In this document: positions 11,572-23,029 of the stretch, piece after piece
How positions within the stretch are numbered: position 1 is the first letter of the stretch
Layout: each line of letters begins with the position of its first letter
Source: Octopus bimaculoides
Taxonomy: Eukaryota
Assembly (NCBI RefSeq): GCF_001194135.2
Contig: NC_068984.1
Span: 102,603,760 to 102,656,697 of the forward strand
Length of the DNA stretch: 52,938 nucleotides
Reading direction: 5' to 3'
Made by a program: the position numbers and the translations under genes
The notes under the pieces: generated by a model
The model's database searches: none
The model's input: only the letters and a program-made list of their open reading frames with translations
Told to the model about the DNA's origin: nothing

Positions 11572-13140
11572 TGTGGAAAGAAAGGCCTATCTTTGAATCA
11601 TCTTCTGTTTATGGATGACCTGAAATTGTTTGAGAAATCTGAATAACAAATAGATTCCTTAACCAAAACAGTCCAGAAGCGTGGTTGGGACATCGGTATG
11701 GATTACCAAATTTGGGATTACCAAATGCTCAGTACTTAATATGAAAAGACGGAAGAAAACAGCCTGCAGAGGATTGCGGTTACCATCAAGAGAGACCATG
11801 GGTGAACCCGACGGTAGTGGGTATAGATATTTAGGGATTTTGGAGCTGGATGACATTCTACACAGAGAAATGAATGTCAAGGTCAGCGAGGCGTATCAAA
11901 AAAGAGTGAAGATAGTGTCGAAATCCAACCTCTGAATGCCGAAAGTTTGATTACCGCAATGAATATATGGGCAGTTACAGTGGTCAGATATGGTACGTCC
12001 ATCCTCAAATGGACTAAGGAAGAAATATCAACACTGGATAGAAGGACGAGAAAGTTGATTTAGCTGCATGGGGCGCTACACCCTAAAGCAAACGTAAACA
12101 GACTGTATATGAAAAGAGATTGGTGGCAGAGGACGAATTACTATAGACCATTGTATAAGGAGTGAAAGGAGAACGCTTGCTGAGTATTTGATAAATAGTG
12201 ATGAAGATCTGCTGCAATATGCCGCGAAAGATATGGGTGTAAATGCAGATGAAATGATGTGCAAGGAAGAGTTTAATCAGAGAACTGAGGAGAAGAGAAA
12301 AGAAGACCTTGAAATGAGAATGCATGGACAATTTGAAAGGAATACACGTGACGTTAAGGATAATACAGCATCGTGGGCGTGGCTTGAGCGAAGTGATTTG
12401 AAGCATACCACCAAAAACCTGATCATTGCTGCACAAGACCAGGCTCTCGCTACAAATTCAGTGAAGTATAACATCTATAAAACTTCTGACACCCAGAAAT
12501 ACAGACTCTGTGGAAAGAGTGTGGAAAATGTTAATCACTTGATAAGTAGATGTGAGAACCTTGCACAAAAAGAATACAAGCGTCGCCACGATAAAGTGTG
12601 TGTATCTTCATTGGCTCTTATGCAGTAAATACCAATATGAAGTAACAGAGAACTGGTATGAGCATGTGCCAAGTAAAGTTATGCAGGAGGATGGAAAAAT
12701 AACAATATTCTGGGACTATGATTTTCAGACGGATAGTGCAATCGAACACCGTTGGCCGGATATTGTCATATTGAATAAGAGAGACAAATAGTCAGATCAT
12801 TGATGGAGCCATACCAAATGACATGAATGTTGTGAGTAAAGAGGTTGAAAAATCCCCAAATACTCCGAATTGAAAGTGGAAATGGCAAGACTGTATGGAA
12901 TGCCAGAGGGTAACGTAAAAGTGATACCAGTGGTGGTCGGAGCGTTGGACTCAATCCCATTGAAACTTCAAAACTTCTTAAGGCAACTGGAAATCCTATG
13001 CAAGATTGATGTCTTACAAAAGCAGCCTTATTGGGCACAGCGCACATCTTAAGGAAAGTATTATCTGTTTGAGGTCCTTGTGACTTCACAGATGACTAAA
13101 GAATCCGGTGCATTTTACCTACACTGTGTTACGAAGAAAT
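11572..13140 (+). mobile_element. 5'-truncated R4/Dong-clade LINE (lineage A) pseudogene: RT C-half, CCHC knuckle, RLE
   Basis: NHLLFMDDLKLF, YRYLGILE, IIAAQDQAL, the knuckle YRLCGKSVENVNHLISRC..RRHDKV, WPDIVI, VIPVVVGAL and GTAHILRKVL, with several stops and frameshifts. Flanked on both sides by (AAT)n. Confidence 0.92.
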
Positions 13141-13179
13141 AATAATAATAATAACAACAACAACAACAACAACAACAAC

Positions 13180-13214
<35 letters not shown>

Positions 13215-13236
13215 TAATAATAATGATAATAATAAT
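13138..13236. repeat. (AAT)n/(AAC)n tail of the Dong-like element
   Basis: Direct reading. Confidence 0.95.
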
Positions 13237-13448
13237 CCTTTCTACTATAGGTACAAGGCCTGAAATTCCGGGGAGGCGATAGTCGACTAGATCGACCCCA
13301 GTGTTTCACTGGTACTTAATTTATTGACCCCGAAAGGACGAAAAGAAAAGTAGACTCCAGCGGAATCTGAACCCAGAACACGAAGACAGCCGAAATGCTG
13401 CCAAGCATTTTACCCGGCATGCAAACGATTCTGCCAGCTCGCCGCCTT
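13237..13448 (-). mobile_element. SINE S1, full length
   Basis: Reverse complement of GGCGGCGAGCTGGCAGAATCGTT...GTTCAGATTCC...GTACCAGT...GGCCTTGTACCTATAGTAGAAAGG. Inserted in (AAT)n. Confidence 0.9.
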
Positions 13449-13465
13449 AATAATAATAATAACAA

Positions 13466-13523
13466 TGAGGATGATGATGATGATGATGAGGAGGAGGAGG
13501 AGGAGGAAGATGATGATGATGAT
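13466..13523. repeat. (GAT)n/(GAG)n trinucleotide microsatellite
   Basis: Direct reading. Confidence 0.9.
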
Positions 13524-13792
13524 ATATGAATAATTTAAATTTAAAAAGGAGACCACAAGTTATTCCGTTAGTTTAATATATAACATATTAGTTTTTTGAA
13601 ATGCGAAAAAAAACAAAAACAAATATTCATAAAAGAAAGAGAATAAAAGTGAAATTAAGGACATATGCAAATTATGCAAGAGCAATATACCAGATATGAT
13701 TCTATGGAGTTTAACATTGAACATGCATTTCTGCAGAAGCAATTCTGCATCTAGTAAATATCACTTTTAAAATATGTGCAGTAGAAAAAAGA

Positions 13793-14043
13793 CAGCGAGC
13801 TGGCAGAATCGTTAGTACTCCGGGTAAAATGCTTGGAGGGATTTTTATCCGGCTTTACGTTATCACTTCAAATTCCACCTGGGGGTCGATGAAATAAGTA
13901 CCAGTTGAACAATGGGGCCGATATAAGCGACTAGTGGAAAATATTTCGGCTTTACGTTCTCACTTCAAATTCCACCTGGGGGTCGATGAAATAAGTACCA
14001 GTTGAACAAAGGGGCCGATATAAGCGACTAGTGGAAAATATTT
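13793..14043 (+). mobile_element. SINE S1 with a 97-bp internal tandem duplication
   Basis: Head GCGAGCTGGCAGAATCGTTAG. Units 13850-13946 and 13947-14043 are nearly identical (2 substitutions seen). Confidence 0.85.
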
Positions 14044-15072
14044 TATCATTATAATGTTAATGTACAACTAATATTCTTTATATAACTCAACCCTAAACAG
14101 TTCTTATTTGAAAATTACCTGTGTAGGAAATGACTCAACACCAAATTTAAACATTCAGATCTTAAAAAGATTCAAACGATTCTCAGACAAGTTTAATAAC
14201 TCGTTGGGACAGCCAAAACGTACAGAATATTCCAGAAGTTCAGTTTCTAATTTTGGATATATATATATNNNNNNNNNNNNNNNNNNNNNNNNNNNNNNNN
14301 NNNNNNNNNNNNNNNNNNNNNNNNNNNNNNNNNNNNNNNNNNNNNNNNNNNNNNNNNNNNNNNNNNNNNNNNNNNNNNNNNNNNNNNNNNNNNNNNNNNN
14401 NNNNNNNNNNNNNNNNNNNNNNNNNNNNNNNNNNNNNNNNNNNNNNNNNNNNNNNNNNNNNNNNNNNNNNNNNNNNNNNNNNNNNNNNNNNNNNNNNNNN
14501 NNNNNNNNNNNNNNNNNNNNNNNNNNNNNNNNNNNNNNNNNNNNNNNNNNNNNNNNNNNNNNNNNNNNNNNNNNNNNNNNNNNNNNNNNNNNNNNNNNNN
14601 NNNNNNNNNNNNNNNNNNNNNNNNNNNNNNNNNNNNNNNNNNNNNNNNNNNNNNNNNNNNNNNNNNNNNNNNNNNNNNNNNNNNNNNNNNNNNNNNNNNN
14701 NNNNNNNNNNNNNNNNNNNNNNNNNNNNNNNNNNNNNNNNNNNNNNNNNNNNNNNNNNNNNNNNNNNNNNNNNNNNNNNNNNNNNNNNNNNNNNNNNNNN
14801 NNNNNNNNNNNNNNNNNNNNNNNNNNNNNNNNNNNNNNNNNNNNNNNNNNNNNNNNNNNNNNNNNNNNNNNNNNNNNNNNNNNNNNNNNNNNNNNNNNNN
14901 NNNNNNNNNNNNNNNNNNNNNNNNNNNNNNNNNNNNNNNNNNNNNNNNNNNNNNNNNNNNNNNNNNNNNNNNNNNNNNNNNNNNNNNNNNNNNNNNNNNN
15001 NNNNNNNNNNNNNNNNNNNNNNNNNNNNNNNNNNNNNNNNNNNNNNNNNNNNNNNNNNNNNNNNNNNNNNNN

Positions 15073-15122
<50 letters not shown>

Positions 15123-15312
15123 ATTTGCATGTGCACTCTGACATATATTCATGAATATGTACGAATATACATGCAGGTAAGAAGAATGACAGTGAGGTAG
15201 TGTTATTGGATTTTATTGTTGGCAATTATCAACCAAATACATTACGAAATACATATAGCATTAAATAGTTTTATAAAAGTACACTTTAGCTTTTATCATT
15301 TATGCGCTTATA

Positions 15313-15515
15313 AAGGCGATGAGTTTGGCCTGCTTGTCAGCGACTCGGAAAAAAAAGGGTTTTTTTCCCAATTTACTACGTTTTGAGTTCTAAATTCAGC
15401 CAGGTAGATTTTGCCTTTCATCCTTTCGGGGGTCGATAAAAGTACAGGGAAAAAGGACGCTGTAATTGTTTTGCTTTTCCCCTCAAAATGTCTGGCCTTG
15501 TTCCCTAATTAAAAA
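15313..15515 (+). mobile_element. SINE S1, diverged
   Basis: AAGGCGATGAG...GAGTTCTAAATTC...TTTGCCTTTCATCCTTTCGGGGGTCGATAAAAGTAC...GGCCTTGT. Confidence 0.75.
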
Positions 15516-15537
15516 AGTATTATTTATTCATTCATAT

Positions 15538-17101
15538 CAGTGATTCTCAACCAGGATCCATATGGCTCTTGGGGCTCCATTTAAGATTTCATTGTTACAA
15601 TTTGTACAATAAATTGCTTGTGCATCTAAAATACAGAAAATACCTTAATTTATCTTATACAATTCCTTCATGGATGACGTGACACTTCTATCTACAGATA
15701 AGCAAATCATGCAGAGTGTCCTCTTCAGACTAGACGAGTTTGTGAGGTGAACAAGGATGCGGTTTAGAGCCAAAAAAGTCGCGTAGTCTGACATTTATTA
15801 AGTGGATGCAGAAAGAATTTAAGTTTCGAATAGCCGAAGAACGCATTTCAACAGTCAAAGAAGAACCCGTCAAGAGCTTGGGGCGAGTATATACTGGAAC
15901 ATTGTCAGATAGCAGTCGCGGAATTAAAATTATGAAACAAGCCGAGGTTGGATTATCAGTGATTGATAACTCAAAGTTACCAGGCAAATATAAAATTTGG
16001 TGCTTACAGTTCAGCTTGTATCCGCGACTTTCGTGGCCACTTTTAATATACGAGGTAGCATTGTTACAAGTTCAGATCATTGAACAAAAATTTAATGTGT
16101 TCATTAGAAAGTAGCTAGGCCTGCCTCGGATGTTGAACAGTTCAGCTCTTTATCGTAAAAGAGGCTTGTTCCAGTTACCACTGGCGTCAATAGTCGAAAT
16201 ATATAAACTGAGGAAGGTACGAACGGTGATGATGGTGAGAGAGTCGAAGGACATAGAAATCGGGCGTAATCCACCAAAGGTGAAAGCAGCCAGGAAGTGG
16301 AATGCAAAAGCAGAGACTGACGACGTTTTGTCTTCCCTTACACACCGCGATATGGTGGATGCAACGCAAAATCATCGGAAAGGACTTGGTTTTGGTGCAG
16401 ATCAGTTAAGACCGTTTGTGGAGCGAACGCAGATCTGTTGTTAGCAACAGCGTCAAAACGAGGGAAGCAGAGAGAAGAGAGCTTCATTTGATCCGATGTA
16501 TTCAGCAAGGACAGATGACGAGATTGGAGGAACATGTTGTTGAGAGGAAAATAAGTTGGGATGAGATATGGAGGTGGACCACATCTCAGTTTTCTGATTC
16601 GTTCGTCCTATGATGTTTTGCCATCACCTACAAATCTAGTAAGATGGAACGTTTCAGAGAATGATATATTCAAATGGGAAAAGGTCGGAACACTGAAACA
16701 TATTCTTTCTAACTATTCATTAGCATTGAATAGGTATGCATGGAGACACAAAAAAAACCGTTGCAAGTACCAACTAGAGATTTCATTACCTTCGTGCGCT
16801 CAGGACAGCTGGTGAAACGGCTATTGGGAGGTGACTGCAGATTTACCAGGATGCCAGGGACTCTTTCCCATCTCAGTTAGGAAAAAACTGAACATTTTAA
16901 TGTGGTGTGAAGGAAAGAAAGTTGTGAATCTAGTCGAGTTAACGGTTCCTCATGAAGATAACATGGACGCTGTTATCTAATGGACGCTAATATCTAATTA
17001 TAAAAATACGGTAAGATTCTTTTTTTCTTTAAGGTGAATAGCTAAGGAAATCCAGTTGAGTTAAACTGAAATCAAAGGGATCCACAGGCAAAAAATGGTT
17101 G
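15538..17101. mobile_element. hAT-type MITE split by a LINE fragment (arms ~15538-15666 and ~16988-17101)
   Basis: The left end CAGTGATTCTCAACCAGGATCC is a typical hAT/Charlie terminus. The right arm ends GGGATCCACAGGCAAAAAATGGTTG, the start of the expected TGGTTGAGAATCACTG, whose terminal bases are lost. Confidence 0.55.
15667..16972 (+). mobile_element. HERO-like RLE LINE internal fragment (RT motif to RLE), pseudogene
   Basis: FMDDVT, PVKSLGRVY, KLPGKYKIWCLQFSLYPRLSWPLLIYEV, LGLPRMLNSSALY, LSFLIRSSYDVLPSPTNLVRW, GTLKHILS..RYAWRH and VELTVPHEDN. These motifs are characteristic of HERO-clade elements. Confidence 0.8.
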
Positions 17102-17104
17102 TTG

Positions 17105-17275
17105 GGGAGTACATGTACGCGTAACTTAGCGGTTAAGCCATTGAGACTGATAAAATAAGTACCAGGCTCAAAAATAATTAACTACTGTGGTCAATTCGTT
17201 CGACTAAAATTCTTTAAGGTGGTGCTCCAGCATAGCCGCAGTCTAATAACTGAGACAAGTAAAAAAAGATAAAAG
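17105..17275 (+). mobile_element. SINE family S2, 3' fragment
   Basis: CGTAACTTAGCGG...ATAAGTACC...GGTGCTCCAGCATAGCCGCAGTC..TGAGACAAGTAAAA, homologous to 46249-46400 on the opposite strand. Confidence 0.75.
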
Positions 17276-17542
17276 CTATTGCCTGTCCAAGGGCGATGTG
17301 ATTTTCCTTGTTTCAGCTTCACAGAAATTGAAGCTACATAGGGATCATTGATTTTTCTCAAAGTCATTGCATCATTATTAATTAATAAAGGAAAAGCTCA
17401 CGAGATTAAAAGGCATAACAGACTTAGTAAATGCCAATCGGAGACACACAAAATCAGAAAAATATAACAATAGGTGCCTATAATGTTTGATAACATGATT
17501 ACATTGGAAATCTTTCCTGTTGATTCAAGACAGCATTAAGTC

Positions 17543-17757
17543 GGCGAGGTGGCATAGTCGTTAAGCACGTCGGGGAAAATGATTAGAGGCATTTCGTCGG
17601 TCTTTACATTCTGAGTTTGAAATTCTACCGAAGTCGACTCTGCCTTTCATCCCTTCGAGGTCGTTAAAATAAATACCAGTTGAACCAGTTGAAGGAGGTA
17701 ATCGACTTACCTCCTTCCTCAGTATTTCTGGTCTTGTGCTAAAATTTGAAACCAATT
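17543..17757 (+). mobile_element. SINE S1
   Basis: CGGCGAGGTGGCATAGTCGTTAAGC...GAGTTTGAAATTC...GCCTTTCATCCCTTCGAGGTCG...GGTCTTGTGCTAAAATTTGAAACC. Confidence 0.85.
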
Positions 17758-18311
17758 TAGACATAGCATTTAAATATGTTATTTTCACATATTTTTAAAA
17801 TGTTACGTAAGCTACAGCTGCAATTATATCCCACTACAAACATTAGTTTCTAGCATGTAGGAGTTTGTTAAGTCTGGTCATACACTTCAGATCTTCACAT
17901 TTACTATTCTGTATCTCTCAACCATTCTCTTAAAACTTCTTTCTTCACTCTTATCGTTTGCTGTAGAATCTTTCTCACTTGAAGATTCTTTTGATAAAAA
18001 GTTATTTCACTCTCCTATCAAAATATAGATCTATAAATTCCAGATCTCGTTTGTTAGATTACTACTGTCGGATGCAGTGTCTATTTTTTAAAGTGAAGTT
18101 TAGCAAATTTATGTAAATAACGATCAAATTTTTTAAAGCTATTTTCATCTCTTCTTTCTTTGTGATTCGAACAATCGTGTGTGCAGTGTCACAGCTATAA
18201 AAAAATGAAGAAAGTTATTTCATTCGATTGCCATAACATATCTCAATAGCTTCGTTAATACCTTCTTGATACCTTCATGATACAAAGTTTTCAATATTAA
18301 TATTATTTACA

Positions 18312-19222
18312 AGGCAGTGAGTTGGCAGAAGCGTTAGCACACCGGGCGAAATGCATAGCGGTATTTCATCTGCTGTTACTTTCTGAGTTTAAATACCTCC
18401 GAGGTTGGCTTTGCATTTCATCCTTTTAGAGTCGATTGAATAAGTACCAGTTACGCACTGAGGTCGATGTAATCGACTTAATCCATTCGTCCTTGTTTGT
18501 CCCCTCTATGCTTAGCCTCCTGTGGGCAATAAAGAAATAAATATTATTTACAAGGCAGTGAACAGGCAGAATCCTTAGCACGCGGGGCAAAATGTTTAGC
18601 GGCATTTTGTCCGTCTTTACGTTCTGAGTTCAAATTCTGTTGAGGTTGACTTTGCTTTTCATCATTTCAGGGACGATAAAATAAGAAGCAGTTGAACTCT
18701 GGGGCCGATGTAATCGACTTACCACCTTCCCCGAACTTGCTGGCCTTGTGCTAAAATTTGAAATCAATATTATTTCCAAGGCGGCGAGCTGGCAGAAACG
18801 TTAGCAAAATGCTTAACGGCATTTCGTCCGTTTTTATGTTCCCAGTTCAAATTCCACCGCTGTCGACTTTGCCTTTCATCCTCTCGAGGTCGATAAACTA
18901 AGTACCAGTTGAACACTTGGGTTGTTCTAAGCAACTTACCCCCTCTCCTGCAACTNNNNNNNNNNNNNNNNNNNNNNNNNNNNNNNNNNNNNNNNNNNNN
19001 NNNNNNNNNNNNNNNNNNNNNNNNNNNNNNNNNNNNNNNNNNNNNNNNNNNNNNNNNNNNNNNNNNNNNNNNNNNNNNNNNNNNNNNNNNNNNNNNNNNN
19101 NNNNNNNNNNNTCGGAGTCGATAAAATAAGTACCACTTGAACACTGGGGCCAATGTAATCGAATTATTCCCTTCTCCGAAAGTGCTTGCCTGGTGCCAAA
19201 CTTTTAAATCAGTATTAATATT
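18312..19222 (+). mobile_element. Head-to-tail stack of four SINE S1 copies (heads at ~18312, ~18551 and ~18779; a fourth resumes at 19112 after the gap)
   Basis: Each visible head is preceded by AATATTATTT(A/C)CAAGG. A/B boxes TGGCAGAA and GAGTTCAAATTC are present. Confidence 0.88.
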
Positions 19223-19417
19223 CTTTTCTCCTCTAGGCACAAGCAAGACCCGAAATTTTGGGGGAGTAGGCCAGTCGATTAGATCGACCCCAGTATGCAA
19301 CTGGTACTTAATTTATCGACCCCGAAAAGATGAAAGACAAAGTCGACCTCGGCGGAATTTGAACTCAGAACGTAAAGACAGATGAAATACCGCTTAGCAT
19401 TTCAGCTCGCCGCCTTG
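19223..19417 (-). mobile_element. SINE S1 with a 17-bp target-site duplication
   Basis: AAATCAGTATTAATATT at both 19206-19222 and 19418-19434. Confidence 0.92.
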
Positions 19418-19630
19418 AAATCAGTATTAATATTATTTCCGCTAAATTTTATAGAGTAATGTTTCGTTTCAGAGAATGAAAGAAATACTATTGATTGATC
19501 CGGGCGAGTTTTATATTTAACTTGTTGCTTCATTAATGCTTAGAATAAGTGTACGTTTTTGAATACCAGAGTTACACGCATTGTTTTAGTTATCTTGTTT
19601 CTACTGTACTTTTTAAATGCATGCACATCC

Positions 19631-19631
<1 letters not shown>

Positions 19632-19717
<86 letters not shown>

Positions 19718-19885
19718 ACACATACACATACACACACTCACACACATACACATACATACACACATATACTCTCACACATATACATACATACATACGTACG
19801 CACTCAAACATGCACGATTGCATACACACACACAAACACACACAAGATGGCATACATATACATATATGCATATATGTATGTGTGT

Positions 19886-19918
<33 letters not shown>

Positions 19919-20055
19919 CACATATATGCATATATGCACACACACATACACACTCACTGTCTGATTCTCTCTCTCTCTTTCTCTCTCTCACACACATACA
20001 CATATACACACAAACACACACATACACACACACACACATGCACATATATATATAT
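19632..20055. repeat. Long compound (AC)/(ACAT)/(AT)/(CT) microsatellite
   Basis: Direct reading. Confidence 0.95.
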
Positions 20056-21486
20056 GAAACTTTTCAGAATCCTCCTCTGATTTCATTCAGTAAGGTATTC
20101 CGTTCAGCAAATTTCATTAGAATTTTCGTTTAACTAAACAGCCAAATGTGAATCAGGAGTGAAACAAATATGTCTTTTGTGTTTGTTCTCTCTAATTTGT
20201 GTAAATGTTAGTATAGAGTGGGTTTTTTTTCTAGAGCAATACTCACTGGAAGATAAAAGGAAAACAACAAAAAAGTCATATAAACAATCAACTAAATCTT
20301 TCCATCATTGATACATGAGCTCCTAGAAACTGAACTAATTTTGATTCAGAACCACTTATGTTTCGACCAGAACATCGTGGCTCTTTAGATTTGTCACTTG
20401 ATTTGTTAAGGATGCCGTATAGTGGAGAGATAATGGAGTGCTGCAAGCCTATTTGAAGCAGGTGATATCTGAACCATTGGAGAAATGGTAATTAGATTTT
20501 TTTAACGCTTTCAACATTATCCGTTATGACAAACTACTACTGATGCTTCTGTTGGAAAAAAAAAAGTCACACGTACACAAAGTTCCTACACGTCAAGTGT
20601 ATTTTATTAGATTTTTTTTTTCATCTGAAATATTTCAACGCGAATGATGTTTTTCCTTTAAATTTGCTTCGTCTTCCTCATTTGGTTTTTGCATGCACTT
20701 ATTTCTTTTATCTAGTTTGATGCGACTGTGCATATATATATACTTGTATATGCATATATATATAAATGCACATACATATATATTTGTATATATGTGCGTG
20801 TGTATATCTGCATATGAATGTCACTATTTCCTTTTGTGTTCGTGTGTGTTTACCTAAGTCTTTATTTGTAAACGTAAGGCAAACTCTTGCATATGTAAGC
20901 ATAAATTTAGTAATATATGCATTAAAGGCACATACATATACATGCGTTCATACCTCTATAAAACATATGCATACGCACAAAAGCACGCTTATATGTGTGT
21001 TTCTATTACCAAGTTCATGTTGTGCGTGTGTGTGTATATATATAATATACATATAAGAAGAGAGGTAGATAGATAGATAGATAGATAGATAGAAAGAGAT
21101 AGGGTGGGGAAGGCATCAACTTGTAAATACAAATTCATTAATCTTCATATTGTCTCACTTTCACGATGCTTTAGATGTTGAATAACATATATAGTGACGT
21201 ATTTTTCTTTCGGCACCAATTGTTCCAGTGTAACACTCTCTCACCCCATCAACTATTTATATTTCTTGATAATTTAACACCTCTCAACGAATTTAGGCAT
21301 CTATCAGTCATTTTCTACGCTTATTAGTTACTAAGTATTGATCTATTTCGCGATAACAAATATTCGAGAGGACAATTACTGTCCCATGCAGACAAGAAAC
21401 AATTTGATTACTTTTTTTTTTTTTAATAAGTTAAGCCATTACTTCAGATGGAGAATAAAAAATAAATAAATGTAAGTAATATTTAC

Positions 21487-21778
21487 CATATTGTTCGTCA
21501 TCTCGAGTTCGAAGTTTCGAGTTGAACAAAGTTCGGCAAATGAAATATGTTCCTGAAGAATGATATTATTGAACGTGTTAGATATTTCTGCTCCTTGTGA
21601 CGCAACGATATACTCATATTTTTGCTCCCAAGTTTTCATTAATCGTTTAGCATTTAACGTGTCCATAACAGCCCCAAATATTCTATCTGTTTTATGGACA
21701 AACTGGCCAGGTCTGGCCTCTCACACCAACCTTATAATGTCCTTCTACAAAATCAATTGCATCATCGAAATCTCGAAG
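21487..21778 (-). pseudogene. Candidate frameshifted exon of an unidentified protein
   Basis: Acceptor ...TCTCATAG| and donor |GTAAAT bound 292 nt. Removing one base gives ~97 open codons: LRDFDDAIDFVEGHYKV.../ARPGQFVHKTDRIFGAVMDTLNAKRLMKTWEQKYEYIVASQG...EMTNNM. Confidence 0.3.
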
Positions 21779-22860
21779 CTATGAGATAATGCATAATTAA
21801 ATTCAAAACGATGTGAATAAATAAGTATTACATTTGATTTACTAATGTGAACACTAAAAGTAACACAGGAAATAAAGAGCCAAGTCGGTACTAATTGAAA
21901 CTATTTTGCTGAACAACCAGATTAACGAACGTAAGGCATTCGGTGTTCTACTGTTTCTAACAACTTGCAGTTATTTAAGTTCCTTTGATAAAAGTCAGAT
22001 ATTGTTTGAATAGAGACAATTCTATCGATCAGTTATTTATTTTATCGATTAATAAAGTTTGAACGGTAAAATTGTCTCGGGAGTATTTGAACTTTGAACA
22101 AAGAGAGAAACTAAATCTTTCAAAACATTTAGCTTGGCATGTTACTGCTTTCTTAGTCTCTACAACTAAATATTCCTGTTGACTAGACGATCGAACAGTG
22201 AGATTTGATAGTCATAGTTTTGCAAGATTAATAACATAACGTAAATAAAATAACTTAAAACAGGAACCGTTAACGCAAAGTATCACTAACTATACAATGA
22301 TTTATTATGTTATATACTATTATACATATATACTATATTTATAATAGCATTGTTATCATAGTATCACTATTGATTGTAATATAGTATGACTCGCATAGTT
22401 TTAGTAACTAAACTAGATTAACAAAGTGTTATTAACTAAATTATGATTTTCATTTTTTTATATGTTACTATATGGCTATTGTATTGCTGCTAACATAGTA
22501 TTACTAATTAAATGATTATTTATTATATGTTATATATTACTATATATATTTATTATATGTTCACAAGCTCAGACATATTTGCAAGGAAAAGTCAGTATCG
22601 ATTGTTTCGTGACTGACCTTTCCCTAAAAAATGTGTGATCTTGTGAATATATAAAAAAACATACAGTAATATATATACATTATTACAGTATATATTTCGT
22701 ATTTGCCGGAGATGAAATATAAAGCTGAAGAGCTGAAACAATAAATCGGACTCAACATTCTCAACCTGAATACAGGGCAACAAGCAGTTTACGATTATGT
22801 TGCCACGTTAGTCGTTGGAAAATGTGGACGACTGAACGGTCTCAATATTCCAAAGAAAGA

Positions 22861-22996
22861 ATTCCGCTGAGGTCGACTTTGCCTTCCATCCTTTCGGGGT
22901 CGATAAATTAAGTACCAGTTGCGTACTGGGGTCGATCTAATCGACTGGCTACCTCCCAAAAAATTTCGGGCCTTGTGCCTAGAGCAGAAAAGAATT
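22861..22996 (+). mobile_element. SINE S1, 5'-truncated
   Basis: Core and tail are intact. TTCCAAAG occurs on both flanks (possible short TSD). Confidence 0.88.
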
Positions 22997-23029
22997 TTCC
23001 AAAGGAAAAAGAAAAGTGTTTGTTAACAG

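Noticed and set aside
14108-15200. Long ORFs of 230-350 aa here and at 40708-41714, 44144-45112, 50201-50833 and 51246-52374
   Set aside because: They are read-through of N gaps and microsatellites (X, HT, CV, YI, ER runs), not genes.
11572-15680. Both large RLE LINE fragments begin at or just before the FMDD motif
   Set aside because: Only two cases, and the mechanisms appear different (5' truncation versus capture). Treated as coincidence.
18299-19434. Regularly spaced repeats resembling a CRISPR-like array
   Set aside because: The units are ~230-bp eukaryotic SINEs, with no unique spacers or cas genes.
22260-22560. AT-rich region with degenerate ~215-bp internal similarity
   Set aside because: Low complexity explains the matches.
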